Assembly (NCBI GenBank): GCA_963796715.1
Contig: CAWCMN010000009.1
Location: forward strand, 262,546 to 326,545
Direction: 5' to 3'
DNA length: 64,000 nt
Origin: an uncultured Chloroflexia bacterium
GTDB lineage: Bacteria > Chloroflexota > Limnocylindria > Limnocylindrales > CSP1-4
In this document: positions 19,266 to 29,435 of the stretch, one piece after another
How the letters are laid out: every line of letters begins with the position of its first letter
How positions within the stretch are numbered: the stretch's first letter is position 1
Translations under genes and position numbers: made by a program
The notes under the pieces: model-generated
Database searches by the model: none
Told to the model about the DNA's origin: nothing
The model's input: the letters and a program-made list of their open reading frames with translations, nothing else

Positions 19266-19880
19266 GTGGCGGATGAGTGGCAGCGCACGAAGGACGCTGT
19301 CTTCCCGTGCCTGCTGCCACCGGGGAGCCAGGGTGACCCCGCCGAGCGCAAGGTCGACTGGGCGAACGAGGGCATCCAGACGCACGCCCAGCCGCTGATC
19401 ACCGAGGGTCCCTGCGGCCTCGTCGTGGCGTTCACCCTGCAGGGCGCCGGCTTCGATGTCCTGGTCAATGCCCAGCACCTGCATGACTGGGGCATCACGC
19501 CGGAGGAGCTCGCGGTCACGGCCGGCCAGAACCTGGGCACGTGGTCGGACGGGGTCGGCTGGATCGACGAAGACTCCGGCGAGCGGCGCCTGCGAAGCTC
19601 GGAGAGCGGCACCGGCCGGGACGCCGCCCGCATCCTGCTGCCCGCGGTGCGCGCGAACCTGGCCGCGGAGCTCCGCCGCGGCGCCCCGCCCGGGACGCGC
19701 GTCCTGGTCGGCCTGCCGGACCGCGAGCTGCTCGTAGCGGGGGCCCTGCGCCCCGGCGACCACGAGTTCGCGGCGCTCCTCCACGACTTCGTCATGGACC
19801 ACTCCGAGTCGGCGGACCAGCCCATCGACCGCCGGCTGTTCGAGCTCCAGGGCGACGACCTCGTGGAGTTCACGGGCTAG
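19266..19880 (+). CDS. Hypothetical protein
   Basis: 204-aa ORF with a GTG start and no recognisable motifs. It sits inside the beta-oxidation-like operon. Confidence 0.4.
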   Translation: MADEWQRTKDAVFPCLLPPGSQGDPAERKVDWANEGIQTHAQPLITEGPCGLVVAFTLQGAGFDVLVNAQHLHDWGITPEELAVTAGQNLGTWSDGVGWIDEDSGERRLRSSESGTGRDAARILLPAVRANLAAELRRGAPPGTRVLVGLPDRELLVAGALRPGDHEFAALLHDFVMDHSESADQPIDRRLFELQGDDLVEFTG

Positions 19881-19885
19881 CGTCG

Positions 19886-20668
19886 GTGGCCGAACCCGCG
19901 CCCCTGCGCAGCGCACAGGCCGACCACGTCCTGACCCTCACGCTCGACCGGCCCGAGGCGCTGAACGCCCTCGACCCGGCCCTCAAGGCGGGCCTCCTGG
20001 CCGCCCTCAAGGCAGCGGCGCGCGACCGATCGGTGCGGGCGATCGTCCTCACCGGCGCCGGGCGCGCCTTCTGCGCCGGCCAGGACCTGCGCGAGACCGG
20101 CATCACCGGTTCGCGCATCGGGCGCGAGGTTCGCGACCGGTACAACCCGCTGATCCTCGCCCTCGCCCGGCTCGAGAAACCGGTCGTGGCCGCCGTGAAC
20201 GGCGTCGCGGCCGGGGCCGGCATGTCGCTTGCTCTTGCCTGTGACATCCGCCTGGCGGCCGACACGGCGACGTTCACCTGTGCCTTCGGCCGCGTCGGCC
20301 TCGTGCCGGACAGCGGCCTGTCGTGGTTCCTGCCCCGCATCGTGGGCCTGGGGCGTGCGCTGGAGCTGGCCCTGACGACGGATCCGGTCGACGCCGCGAC
20401 CGCCGAGCGGATCGGCCTGGTCAACCGGGTCGTGCCCGCGGCGGATCTCGCCGCCGAGGCCGCCGCGCTCGCCGGCCGGCTCGCCGGCGGTGCGCCGCTC
20501 GCCATGGGGCTCACCAAGCGCGCCCTGCTGGCGGCGACATCCCTGGACCTGGAGTCAGCGCTGGAGGCGGAGGCGCAGCTGCAGACCGCCGCCGGCCGCT
20601 CGCCCGATCACGCCGAGGGCATCGCCGCGTTCACGGAGAAGCGGCCGCCGCGCTTCGCGGATCGGTGA
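19886..20668 (+). CDS. Enoyl-CoA hydratase (crotonase family)
   Basis: LNALDPAL...[16 protein letters not shown]...[23 protein letters not shown] at 19886 lies 6 nt after the upstream stop. Confidence 0.85.
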   Translation: MAEPAPLRSAQADHVLTLTLDRPEALNALDPALKAGLLAALKAAARDRSVRAIVLTGAGRAFCAGQDLRETGITGSRIGREVRDRYNPLILALARLEKPVVAAVNGVAAGAGMSLALACDIRLAADTATFTCAFGRVGLVPDSGLSWFLPRIVGLGRALELALTTDPVDAATAERIGLVNRVVPAADLAAEAAALAGRLAGGAPLAMGLTKRALLAATSLDLESALEAEAQLQTAAGRSPDHAEGIAAFTEKRPPRFADR

Positions 20669-21916
20669 GGCGGCCCGTCACCGCGACGACGGCCGCCGCC
20701 GGGCCGCTGGTCGTCGGGATCGTGGGCGCCGGCACGATGGGGGCCGGCATCGCCCAGGTCTGTCTCCAGGCGGGTCACACGGTCAGGCTGCACGACGTCT
20801 CGCCCCAGGCCGTGGCCGGTGGGCGCGCGCGCATCGCGGACGGGCTAGGTCGCCTCGTGGCCAGGGGCGACCTCACCGCGGCTGCCCGCGCCGGCGCCCT
20901 GCGTCGGCTGCACGACGCGGCCGACCTCGCGGCGCTCGCGCATGGGGTCGGCCGATCCGCTGCGGCGGGTATGGGCCGCCCGGTCGACCTCGTCATCGAG
21001 GCAGCCCTGGAGGACCTCGAGCTCAAGCGGGCCGTGTTCCGGGCGCTGGAGCCGCTGGTACAGCCGGCGGCGATCCTGGCCACGAATACGAGCGCCCTGT
21101 CGATCGACGCCATCGCGGGTGCGACCGCCCGCCCGGAGCGTGTCCTTGGCCTCCACTTCTTCAACCCCGCGCCGCGCATGGCGCTCGTCGAGGTGGTCGC
21201 CGGCGAGCGGACGGCCGCGGCCACGATGCAGGCCGGCTCTGCGCTTCACGACCGGGCTGGGCAAGACGCCGGTGGCGTGCGCGGATGCGCCGGGCTTCAT
21301 CGTCAACCGCATCAATCGGCCGTTCACCCTGGAGGCCCTGCGGATGGTCGAGGCGGGCGAGGCGGACGTGGCCAGGGTAGACGAAGCGGTCGTGGCCGCG
21401 GGCTACCCGATGGGCCCCTTCACGCTCATGGACCTCGTCGGCATCGACGTCAACTACGCCGTCGCGAACGCCATCTGGCACGCCTTCGAGGAGGCCGAGC
21501 GCTTCCGGCCGTCGCCCATCCAGGCGGCCCTGGTGGAGGCCCGGACGCTCGGTCGGAAGTCGGGCCAGGGCTTCTACCGGTACGGCGCGGACGGTCGCCC
21601 GACCGGCGTCGCGCCGCTGCCGGCGTCGGTGGAGCGGCCGGCGCCCGCGAGCGAGGCGCTGCCCCCCGGGGAGATCGTCGCGCGGCTGGAGCTCGCGATC
21701 ATCAACGAGGCGTACAACGCGGCCGGCGACGGCGTGGCCGACCCTCCCGGCATCGACCTGGCGATGCGGCTCGGCGCGGGCCATCCCTACGGCCCATTCG
21801 AGCGAGTGCGAGCGCTGGGCCTTGGCGCGATCGTGCGCGGTCTGGCCGGCCTGGAGCGGCGCTACGGCGAGCGCTACCGCGTGGCGCCCGCGCTTTGGCA
21901 GATCGCCGCTGTCTGA
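20665..21916 (+). pseudogene. 3-hydroxyacyl-CoA dehydrogenase (Hbd/PaaH-like), single-base frameshift near 21238 (possible sequencing error)
   Basis: The N-terminal Rossmann fold [14 protein letters not shown]...ATNTSALSI...[11 protein letters not shown] is in frame 1. The C-terminal part [19 protein letters not shown]...YRYG continues in frame 2 (ORF 20942-21916). The junction caggccggc|tctgcgcttc fits a 1-nt deletion. Confidence 0.7.
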
Positions 21917-21966
21917 GCCCGCGGCGCTCGAACCGCTACGATCGTGACCATGCAGGTCCCCGTCGG

Positions 21967-23202
21967 ATGAACCGTGATCTGGGCCGCGCGACGCGTGAGG
22001 CCTGGCTGGTCAGCGCCGTGCGGACGCCGGTCGGGCGTTACGGCGGGGCGTTGTCACGAGTGCGCCCTGATGACCTCGCGGCACTCGTCATCCGCGCCGC
22101 CGTCGACCGCTCGGGCCTGCCCCCGGAGCGCGTCGAGGACGTCATCCTGGGCTGCGCGAACCAGGCCGGCGAGGACAACCGCAATGTCGCCCGCATGGCC
22201 GGCCTGCTCGCCGGGCTGCCGGTCGAGGCCGGCGGGCTGACCGTCAACCGCCTCTGCGGCTCCGGCCTGCAGGCCATCAACAGCGCGGCCCACGCCATCA
22301 TGGTCGGCGACGGTGACGCGTTCGTCGCCGGTGGCGTGGAGTCCATGACCCGCGCCCCGCTCGTCACCTTGAAGGCCGAGACGGCATTCGCGCGCGGCGA
22401 CCGCCCGCTCGTGGACACCACCCTTGGCTGGCGCTTCGTGAATCCGGCGCTGGCCGCGCTGCACGCGCCCCTCTCGATGGGCGAAACGGCGGAGGAGGTG
22501 GCGACCCGCTGTGGCGTGACGCGCGAGGAGCAGGACGCGTTCGCCCTCGAAAGCCAGCGGCGGGCCGTTGCCGCGGCGGATGGGGGCCGCTTCGACGGGC
22601 AGATGGTGCCGGTCCCGGTGCCCCAGCCGAAGGGCGAGCCGATCCTCGTGACGCGCGATGAGCATCCCCGCGCCGACACGACCCTGGAGGCGCTGACCCG
22701 CCTCCGGCCGGCCTTCCGAGGCGACGGGTCGGTCACGGCCGGCAACAGCTCGGGCATCAACGACGGCGCCAGCGCCACGGTCCTCGTGGAGGCCGGCCTG
22801 GCCCGCGAGCTTGGCCTGCGGCCGCTCGCCAGGATCGTGGCGACGGCGGTCGCGGGGGTCGATCCGGCGGTCATGGGCCTCGGCCCCATCCCGGCCACCC
22901 GGAAGGTCCTGGCGCGGGCTGGGCTGAGCGTGGCCGATCTGGACCTCATCGAACTGAACGAGGCGTTCGCCAGCCAGTCGATCGCCTGCATCCGCGAGCT
23001 CGGCCTGGACCCCTCGCGGGTCAACGTGAACGGCGGCGCGATCGCCCTGGGCCACCCGCTCGGCATGAGCGGCGCGCGGTTGGTGACGATGCTGGCCCAC
23101 GAGCTTGCCGCCCGGGGTGGCCGCTACGGCCTGGCCACCATGTGCATCGGGGTCGGCCAGGGTATCGCCACGATCATCGAGCGGATCCCGCCCGAGGGCT
23201 GA
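21967..23202 (+). CDS. Acetyl-CoA C-acyltransferase (3-ketoacyl-CoA thiolase, PcaF/PaaJ-like)
   Basis: Thiolase motifs [28 protein letters not shown] and CIGVGQG. Confidence 0.9.
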   Translation: MNRDLGRATREAWLVSAVRTPVGRYGGALSRVRPDDLAALVIRAAVDRSGLPPERVEDVILGCANQAGEDNRNVARMAGLLAGLPVEAGGLTVNRLCGSGLQAINSAAHAIMVGDGDAFVAGGVESMTRAPLVTLKAETAFARGDRPLVDTTLGWRFVNPALAALHAPLSMGETAEEVATRCGVTREEQDAFALESQRRAVAAADGGRFDGQMVPVPVPQPKGEPILVTRDEHPRADTTLEALTRLRPAFRGDGSVTAGNSSGINDGASATVLVEAGLARELGLRPLARIVATAVAGVDPAVMGLGPIPATRKVLARAGLSVADLDLIELNEAFASQSIACIRELGLDPSRVNVNGGAIALGHPLGMSGARLVTMLAHELAARGGRYGLATMCIGVGQGIATIIERIPPEG

Positions 23203-23215
23203 CCTGGTCCGGGTC

Positions 23216-23416
23216 TCAGTGGTACGAGGCTACGTAGAGCAGGACGGCCACGAGGCCGGCGACCGCCACGCCGAGGAGTCCCGCGCCCCACGCCTGGGCA
23301 TCGACCGGCCCCAACGGCGTCTCGCCGTCGTCGTCATGGGCCTCCGCCGCGTGGCCGGATGGCGCCTCGTGCGTTTTGTGCGCGTTGGCGCCGGGTGTCG
23401 CGTGTGGCTCGGTCAT
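23216..23416 (-). CDS. Small hypothetical membrane protein (66 aa) translationally coupled to the upstream SBP gene
   Basis: The ATG overlaps the SBP stop (ATGA). The product has an acidic/His-rich N-terminus and a single C-terminal TM (LLGVAVAGLVAVLLYV). Confidence 0.4.
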   Translation of the reverse strand: MTEPHATPGANAHKTHEAPSGHAAEAHDDDGETPLGPVDAQAWGAGLLGVAVAGLVAVLLYVASYH

Positions 23417-24483
23417 GGCAGCAGGCCCTCGTTCACCACCTGGTCCACGGTCACGGGCCCCGCGACCACCTTCTCCGGCAATGTCTTCATGAAGTCGATC
23501 GAGCGGCTCCATGCGTCCTGGTCGATGGCCCCCAGCCCGTGGGCCTGAGTGTAGGGGCTCTCCCACGTCGCGATGGTCGCCTGCAGGATGGCCAGCTGGG
23601 TCGCGTCGGAGCCGGCCAGGGTCGGCTCGGCGGCGATCGAGGCGGTGAGGCCCGCCTGCGGGTCGGCCATGACCTCGTCCATCGCCCGCAGCGTCGCCGC
23701 CACGAACGCCTTGAGGGCGTCGTGCTTGCTGGCAAGCGTCGACGTGCCGACGATGAGGCCCGGGCCGGGGAGGGGCGTGGCCTGGTCCACGTGGAGCTCG
23801 GTCGTCGGCGTGCCGTTGAGCTGGAGCTGGACCGGCTCGTTGTTGGTGAACCCGGTCGCCGCGTCGACCGCGCCCTGCTGGACCGCCACCGCCTGGCCGT
23901 AGTCGGGATAGAGCACGACCTGGACGTCGCTCGGCGTCATCTGGCCCGAGGCCAGGAGCGCCTCGAGCATGATCCAGCTCGAGCCGTACCGCCCGGGCGT
24001 GCCGATCTTCTTGCCCTTCAGCTGGGCCACCGTCGTGATGTTCGCGCTGCTCTTGGCGAAGACGACGTTGGGGAACAGGCCGTAGAGCGTCGTCACGTAG
24101 GTGATCGGGATGCCCTGGCTGACGGCGGGGATGACGCTCGTGCCATCGGCCACCCCGACGTCGATGCTGCCCTGGCCCACGAGCGTCACCAGGTCGGGAT
24201 CGTTCTTGTTCTGGAAGGTGACGTCCAGCCCGGCCGCCCGGTAATAGCCCTGCTGCTGCGCGTAGTAGAACTGGGCGAACTGGACGCTCGGGATGTAGCC
24301 CAGGCCGACGACCAGGGAGGTCGGCGGTCCGGATGGGGTCGCGCTGGGCGACGCGGAACCCGAGGCCGAGGGCGTGCCGGTCGCGGTGGCCTCGGACGGC
24401 GTTGGCACGCCCGGGCCGCTCGAGCAGGCCACGAGCAGGAAGGTCGCGAGGACGGCCAGGCTGCGGTGGACGAACGGACGCAT
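23413..24483 (-). CDS. ABC transporter substrate-binding lipoprotein, NMT1/THI5-like (NitT/TauT family)
   Basis: Lipobox LLVACSS, a Ser/Thr/Pro linker and a type-2 PBP sequence (LVVGLGYIPSVQFAQFYYAQQQGYY...). Same-strand operon with a permease and ATPase. Confidence 0.8.
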   Translation of the reverse strand: MRPFVHRSLAVLATFLLVACSSGPGVPTPSEATATGTPSASGSASPSATPSGPPTSLVVGLGYIPSVQFAQFYYAQQQGYYRAAGLDVTFQNKNDPDLVTLVGQGSIDVGVADGTSVIPAVSQGIPITYVTTLYGLFPNVVFAKSSANITTVAQLKGKKIGTPGRYGSSWIMLEALLASGQMTPSDVQVVLYPDYGQAVAVQQGAVDAATGFTNNEPVQLQLNGTPTTELHVDQATPLPGPGLIVGTSTLASKHDALKAFVAATLRAMDEVMADPQAGLTASIAAEPTLAGSDATQLAILQATIATWESPYTQAHGLGAIDQDAWSRSIDFMKTLPEKVVAGPVTVDQVVNEGLLP

Positions 24484-24500
24484 GCGGACCTCCGAGGCGA

Positions 24501-25313
24501 TCAGGCGCGGACGCCGACGAGCCGGCGCTCCACGAGGACGACGAGCAGGTACAGACCGATCCCCAGCAGGGCGATCGTGAGGAGGGTGGCGAAGAGAAGC
24601 GGCGTGTCGAACAGGCTGCCGCGGGCCAGGTTGATGAGGACGCCGAGCCCGGCGTTCGCGCCCGCCCACTCCCCGACGATGGCGCCGACCACCGCCAGTG
24701 TCACGCCCACGCGCAGACCGCCCATGATCGCCGGCAGGGCGGCCGGGACCTCCACCCACAGCAATCGCTGGCGCGGCGTGGCGCGGAACGCCGCGGCCAT
24801 CTCCACGAGGCGTGGATCGACCGACCGCACGCCGACCATGGTGGCCACGGTGACCGGGAAGAAGAGGACGACGGCGCAGATCGCGGCGATGCTGATGAGG
24901 CCCGTGCCGAACCACAGGGCGATGAGCGGCGCGACGGCCAGGATGGGGGTTGCCTGCGCGGCCACGAAGTACGGCGCCAGCACCTGTTCTGCCAGCCGCG
25001 AGCGTCCCAGCAGCGCGCCGAGGGGCAGGGCCGCGCCGACGCCGATGATCAGGCCGCCGACGATCTCCTCGACCGTGGCCGCGGCATGCGGCTCGATCGT
25101 GCCGTCGGCCCACGCGCGCACGAAACGAGCGGCCACGACCTCCGGGGCCGGCAGCACGAACGTGGGGTAGCCGGCCACCACGACGAGCAGCTTCCAGGCC
25201 GCGAGCAGGACGACCACCCCCGCCAGGGCCAACAGCCAGCCGGGCAGGCGGCGGCGTTGCCGCAGGGGCCGGTACGGCGCGAGCCCGCCGACCGCGACCT
25301 CCCGTTCGTCCAT
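24501..25313 (-). CDS. ABC transporter permease (NitT/TauT family, SsuC-like)
   Basis: 6 TM helices and the BPD_transp_1 EAA-like region (AAAFRATPRQRLLWVEVPAALP). Confidence 0.85.
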   Translation of the reverse strand: MDEREVAVGGLAPYRPLRQRRRLPGWLLALAGVVVLLAAWKLLVVVAGYPTFVLPAPEVVAARFVRAWADGTIEPHAAATVEEIVGGLIIGVGAALPLGALLGRSRLAEQVLAPYFVAAQATPILAVAPLIALWFGTGLISIAAICAVVLFFPVTVATMVGVRSVDPRLVEMAAAFRATPRQRLLWVEVPAALPAIMGGLRVGVTLAVVGAIVGEWAGANAGLGVLINLARGSLFDTPLLFATLLTIALLGIGLYLLVVLVERRLVGVRA

Positions 25314-25321
25314 CGCCGCGC

Positions 25322-26221
25322 TCAACTCGTCGCCGCTTCCACAGGGACGAGCGCGGGGGCTTCCGCGCCATCGGCCAGCCACCGGCGGATCTGGAGGGCG
25401 ACGGCGTTGCCGGCCGGCGTGTCGACCTGCTCCGGCGTGCGGGGCCGGGGGAGCCGGACCGGGATGTCGGCCACGACGTGGCCCGGACGCGGCGAGAGCA
25501 TCAGCACCCGATCGGCCAGGAAGATTGCCTCGGGGATACTGTGGGTGACCAGCACGATGGTGGTCGCCGTGCGCTCCCAGATGCCCAGCAATTCCAGGCC
25601 GAACCGCTCGCGGGTGAGGGCATCGAGCGAGCTGAAGGGTTCGTCGAGCAGCAGGACGGACGGCTCCAGGGCCAGGGCGCGGGCGATCGCCGCGCGTTGC
25701 CGCATGCCGCCGCTGAGCTGGTGCGGACGGGCGTTGGCGAAGCCGGTGAGGTCCACCTGGGCGAGCAGCTCGGTGACCCGCGCCTGCCGTTCCGCGTCCG
25801 GTCGGTCTGCCAGCCGCAGGGGGAAGCCCACGTTGTCGCGGATCGACGCCCACGGCAGGAGGCGCGGTTCCTGGAACACGAAGCCCACCCGAGGATCGGG
25901 GCCGGTGACCGGCCGGTCGCCGAGGTCCACTGTGCCTTCCTCGGGGGTGAGCAGGCCGGCGATCAGCCGCAGGAGGGTGCTCTTGCCGCAGCCGTTGGGG
26001 CCCACGATGGCCACGATCTCGCGGGCGGCGACCTCGAACGTCACGTCGTCCAGCGCGCGCAGGGTCGTGTCGGCGGCGGCGGATCCGTTCACATCGGCGG
26101 GCGCGCGGAAACGCTTGCCCAGCCGCGTGACGCGGATGGACCCCGACCTGTCGACGCGGGGAGCGGTCGTGACCTGACCTCCCGAGGGGCGCTCGGGACC
26201 GGAGCGCAGCGGCGCCTGCAC
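25322..26221 (-). CDS. ABC transporter ATP-binding protein (NitT/TauT family)
   Basis: Walker A GPNGCGKST, signature LSGGMRQR and Walker B LLLDEPFS. GTG start at 26221, so the start is uncertain. Confidence 0.85.
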   Translation of the reverse strand: MQAPLRSGPERPSGGQVTTAPRVDRSGSIRVTRLGKRFRAPADVNGSAAADTTLRALDDVTFEVAAREIVAIVGPNGCGKSTLLRLIAGLLTPEEGTVDLGDRPVTGPDPRVGFVFQEPRLLPWASIRDNVGFPLRLADRPDAERQARVTELLAQVDLTGFANARPHQLSGGMRQRAAIARALALEPSVLLLDEPFSSLDALTRERFGLELLGIWERTATTIVLVTHSIPEAIFLADRVLMLSPRPGHVVADIPVRLPRPRTPEQVDTPAGNAVALQIRRWLADGAEAPALVPVEAATS

Positions 26222-26519
26222 TCGGGAGCTTGCGGAAGCGGTCGCGGTGCCAGCTCACTGTGACGGCCCGCTGCCCCGGCGCGACTCGCGTCGTTCGAGC
26301 GGTGCCCTCAGGCGGGCTCGTCCTGCCTTCTCCCGTCCGGACTGTGACCGTCGGCTCCCTGCAAGGGGATCCACCGCCGCCGCGGATCGACACGGCGTGC
26401 GGGTCGTGGGCTGGCGGCCGCACGGCTGGCGCCGCGCTCCGCCGACCACCGGTCGGGACTTCCACCCGACCCCGAAGGCGAGGCTATTGGTGATGTGCCA
26501 GGCAGTGTACCGCGCCGCC

Positions 26520-27026
26520 CTACAGGTCGCGGACGAGGTAGACCACCTCGCCCGCCGCGTTCGTGGTCTCGTGATGGCGCCTGAAGCCGACCTTCTCCAG
26601 CACCCGCAACGATGGCGTGTTCCAGGCCCCGACCGTGGACCAGAGCCGCTTTCGGCCGGTGTCGGCGGCCGCGGCCACCAGCGCACGGGCGGCTTCCGTG
26701 GCGTACCCATGGCCATGGAATCGCCGCAGCAGCTCGTAGGCGATCTCCGGCTCGTCGAGGCTGCAGCGGCCCACGATGAGCGCGCAGTAGCCGATCGCGT
26801 CGCCCTCGGCGCGTCGCGTGATCGTCAGCGGGCCCAGGCCGACGGCAAGCGCCTCGTCCCTGATCCGGACCAGGCGCGCCGTCGCCTCGTCGAGCGTCGG
26901 CAGCGCTTCGCCACGCTCGCCGACGAGCTCGCGGTACCACTCGGCGTCCCGCGCGTCGCGGAGTCGCAGGATCAGCCGTTCCGTCTCGATGTCGTGGGCC
27001 ATCGGTCGCCAGGTCACCGCTCCCAT
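26520..27026 (-). CDS. GNAT family N-acetyltransferase (RimJ/RimL-like)
   Basis: 168 aa with the typical RimJ-like N-terminus ETERLILR and a GNAT core. Confidence 0.75.
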   Translation of the reverse strand: MGAVTWRPMAHDIETERLILRLRDARDAEWYRELVGERGEALPTLDEATARLVRIRDEALAVGLGPLTITRRAEGDAIGYCALIVGRCSLDEPEIAYELLRRFHGHGYATEAARALVAAAADTGRKRLWSTVGAWNTPSLRVLEKVGFRRHHETTNAAGEVVYLVRDL

Positions 27027-27087
27027 CGTACGTGCGCTGATACGCTCCGGGCGCGGTGACGATCCTGCTGACGCGGCGCCATCCTCC

Positions 27088-27288
27088 TTAGAGGTCGCTC
27101 GAATTCATGAAGAGGATGAGCAGACCCATGGTGAGGGCGACACCCATGGCACCAAGGAGCGCTACCCCAGTCAGGTCATCGGCGTTCCGGGGTCCCGAGA
27201 GCAGGAGGTAGACCCACCCGGCGCCCGCGAAGCTCACCCCGATGCCCGCTGCCAGGGCGAACCAGCGATCCCGCAAGCGACTGCGCAC
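27088..27288 (-). CDS. Small 2-TM hypothetical protein downstream of ctaF
   Basis: 66 aa with two hydrophobic helices. Same strand and 67-nt gap after ctaF. Confidence 0.35.
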   Translation of the reverse strand: MRSRLRDRWFALAAGIGVSFAGAGWVYLLLSGPRNADDLTGVALLGAMGVALTMGLLILFMNSSDL

Positions 27289-27355
27289 CGCTCGACGCTA
27301 GGTCCTCGGCCGTTGCGGGCGCCGCTACACCGTGGACGTGGCCCTTGCGACCACC

Positions 27356-27802
27356 TCACATATGGGTCCCGGCGGGCGCGTCGCTGTCGATGGCGCGCCA
27401 CTCTCGGATCACGGCGCGCAGCCAGAGCGCCGCGCCGACCAGCAGCGGGGCCGCGGCGGCGACCAGCATGGCCGGGCCGAACACGATCGCCAGGAGCGCC
27501 AGCGCCAGCCCGCTCGCCGTCGCCAGCGGGGCCGCCGTCGGACCCGGCAGCCACCCCCCTTCCCCGGAGAACGGGTTCGGCTCGTCATCGGCGGCGAGGG
27601 GGATCAGGCCACGGACGGCCGCACCGGCCCCCTGACGGACGCCGCTCTCGCGCCGCAGCTCGAGGGCCAGGAATGCCCCGGCAAGGCCGAAGCCAAGGAG
27701 CAGGATCGTTCCCGCGGCCTCGTAGCTGATGAACCAGTAGGCCACGCCAACGACCAGCCCGAAGATCGCCGAGCGGGCGAAGAAGCGGACCTCCTCAGGC
27801 AT
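27356..27802 (-). CDS. ctaF: Cytochrome c oxidase subunit IV-like (actinobacterial CtaF)
   Basis: 148 aa and 3-4 TM. The N-terminal pattern [18 protein letters not shown] resembles CtaF. It lies immediately downstream of ctaD. Confidence 0.55.
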   Translation of the reverse strand: MPEEVRFFARSAIFGLVVGVAYWFISYEAAGTILLLGFGLAGAFLALELRRESGVRQGAGAAVRGLIPLAADDEPNPFSGEGGWLPGPTAAPLATASGLALALLAIVFGPAMLVAAAAPLLVGAALWLRAVIREWRAIDSDAPAGTHM

Positions 27803-29435
27803 CTCCCACCTGCTGTCGGCGTCGCTGTTGCCGGGCGTCGAAGACGGGGCGCTCCGACGTCACAGGAGGCAGCGAACGGAAGTTGTGGTGGGGCGGTGGC
27901 GACGAGGTGGCCCACTCCAGCGAGTTGCCTTCCCAGGGGTCATCGGGAGCCGTCGCAGACTGCCGTAACGCGAGGATGAGGGCGGCGAGGAAGGGCAGGA
28001 TGCCCACGCCAAGAAGGAACGAGCCCACGGTGGAGATAAGGTTCAGGTCGCCCCAGCCGGTCGCCGGCGAGTAGTCGGCGATGCGGCGCGGCATACCCAG
28101 GGCTCCCAGCTCGTACTGCGGCAGGAAGGTCACCACCACGCCGACCGCCCAGCAGGCGAAGTGCAGCCGACCGAGGCGCTCGTCCAGGAACCTGCCCGTG
28201 GCCTTGGGAAACCAGTAGTAGATCCCCCCGAAGACCGCGAACACGGTGATTCCGATGAGGACGTTGTGGAGGTGCGCGACCACGAAGTACGTGTCCTGGA
28301 AGTCGAAGTCCAGGGGCGGCGAGGCCACGATGACCCCGCTGATGCCGCCCACGACGAACACGTAGATCACACCGACGGCCCACAGCATGGCCGTGGTGAA
28401 GCGGAGCCGGCCGTTCCACATCGTGGCGATCCAGTTGAACAGCTTGATTCCCGTGGGCACTGCGATGGCCAGCGACATGGCGGAGAAGAAGGGCAGTTCG
28501 ACCGTGGCCGTGGTGAACATGTGGTGTGCCCACACGCCCATCGACAGGGCGGCGATGGTGATGGAGGCGAGGACCATGATGCGGTAGCCGAAGAGCGGCT
28601 TGCTGCTGAAGGTCGGGATGATCTCGCTCACGATTCCGAAGAACGGCAGGGCCAGGATGTAGACCTCCGGGTGGCCGAAGAACCAGAAGAGGTTCTGGTA
28701 CAGGATCGCGTCGCCGCCGCGCGCCGGGTCGAAGAACGACCCGCCCAGGTGGCGGTCGATGAGGAGCATCGACAGGGCAGCGGTCAGCGGCGGGAAGGCC
28801 AGCAGGATGAGGATGGAGGCGATGAGCATGGTCCACGTGAACATGGGCATGCGCGTCATGGTCATGGCCGGCAGGCGCCGGGTCATGATCGTGGTGGTGA
28901 AGTTGACGGCCCCCATCACGGTGGAGATCCCCAGCAGGGCGACGCCGATGATCCAGAGGTCGGTCCCCGCGCCCGGGGCATAGACGATGTCGGTGTTGGG
29001 GACGTAGAACGTCCAGCCGCCGTTGGCCGGGCCGCCGACCGTGAGGAAGCTGGACAGGAGAATCAGGCCGGCGAACAGGAACAGCCAGTAACTCAAGGCG
29101 TTGAGGCGTGGGTAGGCCATCTCAGGCGCGCCGATCTGCAGGGGGATCAGGTAGTTGCCGAAGGCGGCCACCGCCGGCGTCCCGAAGGCCAGCAGCATCA
29201 GGGTGCCGTGCATCGTGAAGAGGGCCGCGTACGCCTGCGGTGAGAGGAACTGCTGGCCGGGCTGAGCGAGTTCGAGGCGCATCGCGAGGGCCATCAGGCC
29301 GGCCAGCAGGAAGAAGGTCAGGGATGTACCGAGGTACAGGAGCCCGATGCGCTTGTGGTCGGTGGTGGTGAGCCACTCCAGGAAGCCGTGCGTCACGAGC
29401 GGGCGGGCCGCGACGGCCGTCGTCTCCGCGGTCAT
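27795..29435 (-). CDS. ctaD: Cytochrome c oxidase subunit I
   Basis: 12-TM heme-copper oxidase signature ([24 protein letters not shown]). ATG at 29435 overlaps the ctaC stop. Confidence 0.95.
   Translation of the reverse strand: MTAETTAVAARPLVTHGFLEWLTTTDHKRIGLLYLGTSLTFFLLAGLMALAMRLELAQPGQQFLSPQAYAALFTMHGTLMLLAFGTPAVAAFGNYLIPLQIGAPEMAYPRLNALSYWLFLFAGLILLSSFLTVGGPANGGWTFYVPNTDIVYAPGAGTDLWIIGVALLGISTVMGAVNFTTTIMTRRLPAMTMTRMPMFTWTMLIASILILLAFPPLTAALSMLLIDRHLGGSFFDPARGGDAILYQNLFWFFGHPEVYILALPFFGIVSEIIPTFSSKPLFGYRIMVLASITIAALSMGVWAHHMFTTATVELPFFSAMSLAIAVPTGIKLFNWIATMWNGRLRFTTAMLWAVGVIYVFVVGGISGVIVASPPLDFDFQDTYFVVAHLHNVLIGITVFAVFGGIYYWFPKATGRFLDERLGRLHFACWAVGVVVTFLPQYELGALGMPRRIADYSPATGWGDLNLISTVGSFLLGVGILPFLAALILALRQSATAPDDPWEGNSLEWATSSPPPHHNFRSLPPVTSERPVFDARQQRRRQQVGDA

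Noticed and set aside
20323-23202. 959-aa ORF suggesting one giant protein
   Set aside because: It is a read-through composite. Its 5' part overlaps the enoyl-CoA hydratase out of frame, its middle is the N-terminal half of the dehydrogenase, and its 3' part is the thiolase, which has its own ATG at 21967.
23359-26177. Plus-strand ORFs 23359-25170 and 24333-26177 over the ABC transporter operon
   Set aside because: Antisense to three genes with clear Walker, EAA and lipobox motifs. The translations are R/G/D-rich low complexity.
26222-26519. TPP riboswitch upstream of the NMT1/THI5-like ABC operon
   Set aside because: Context made this a good prior, but the conserved CUGAGA and ACCUGAUC/GCGUAGGGA elements are absent on both strands. 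It is kept only as an unexplained leader.
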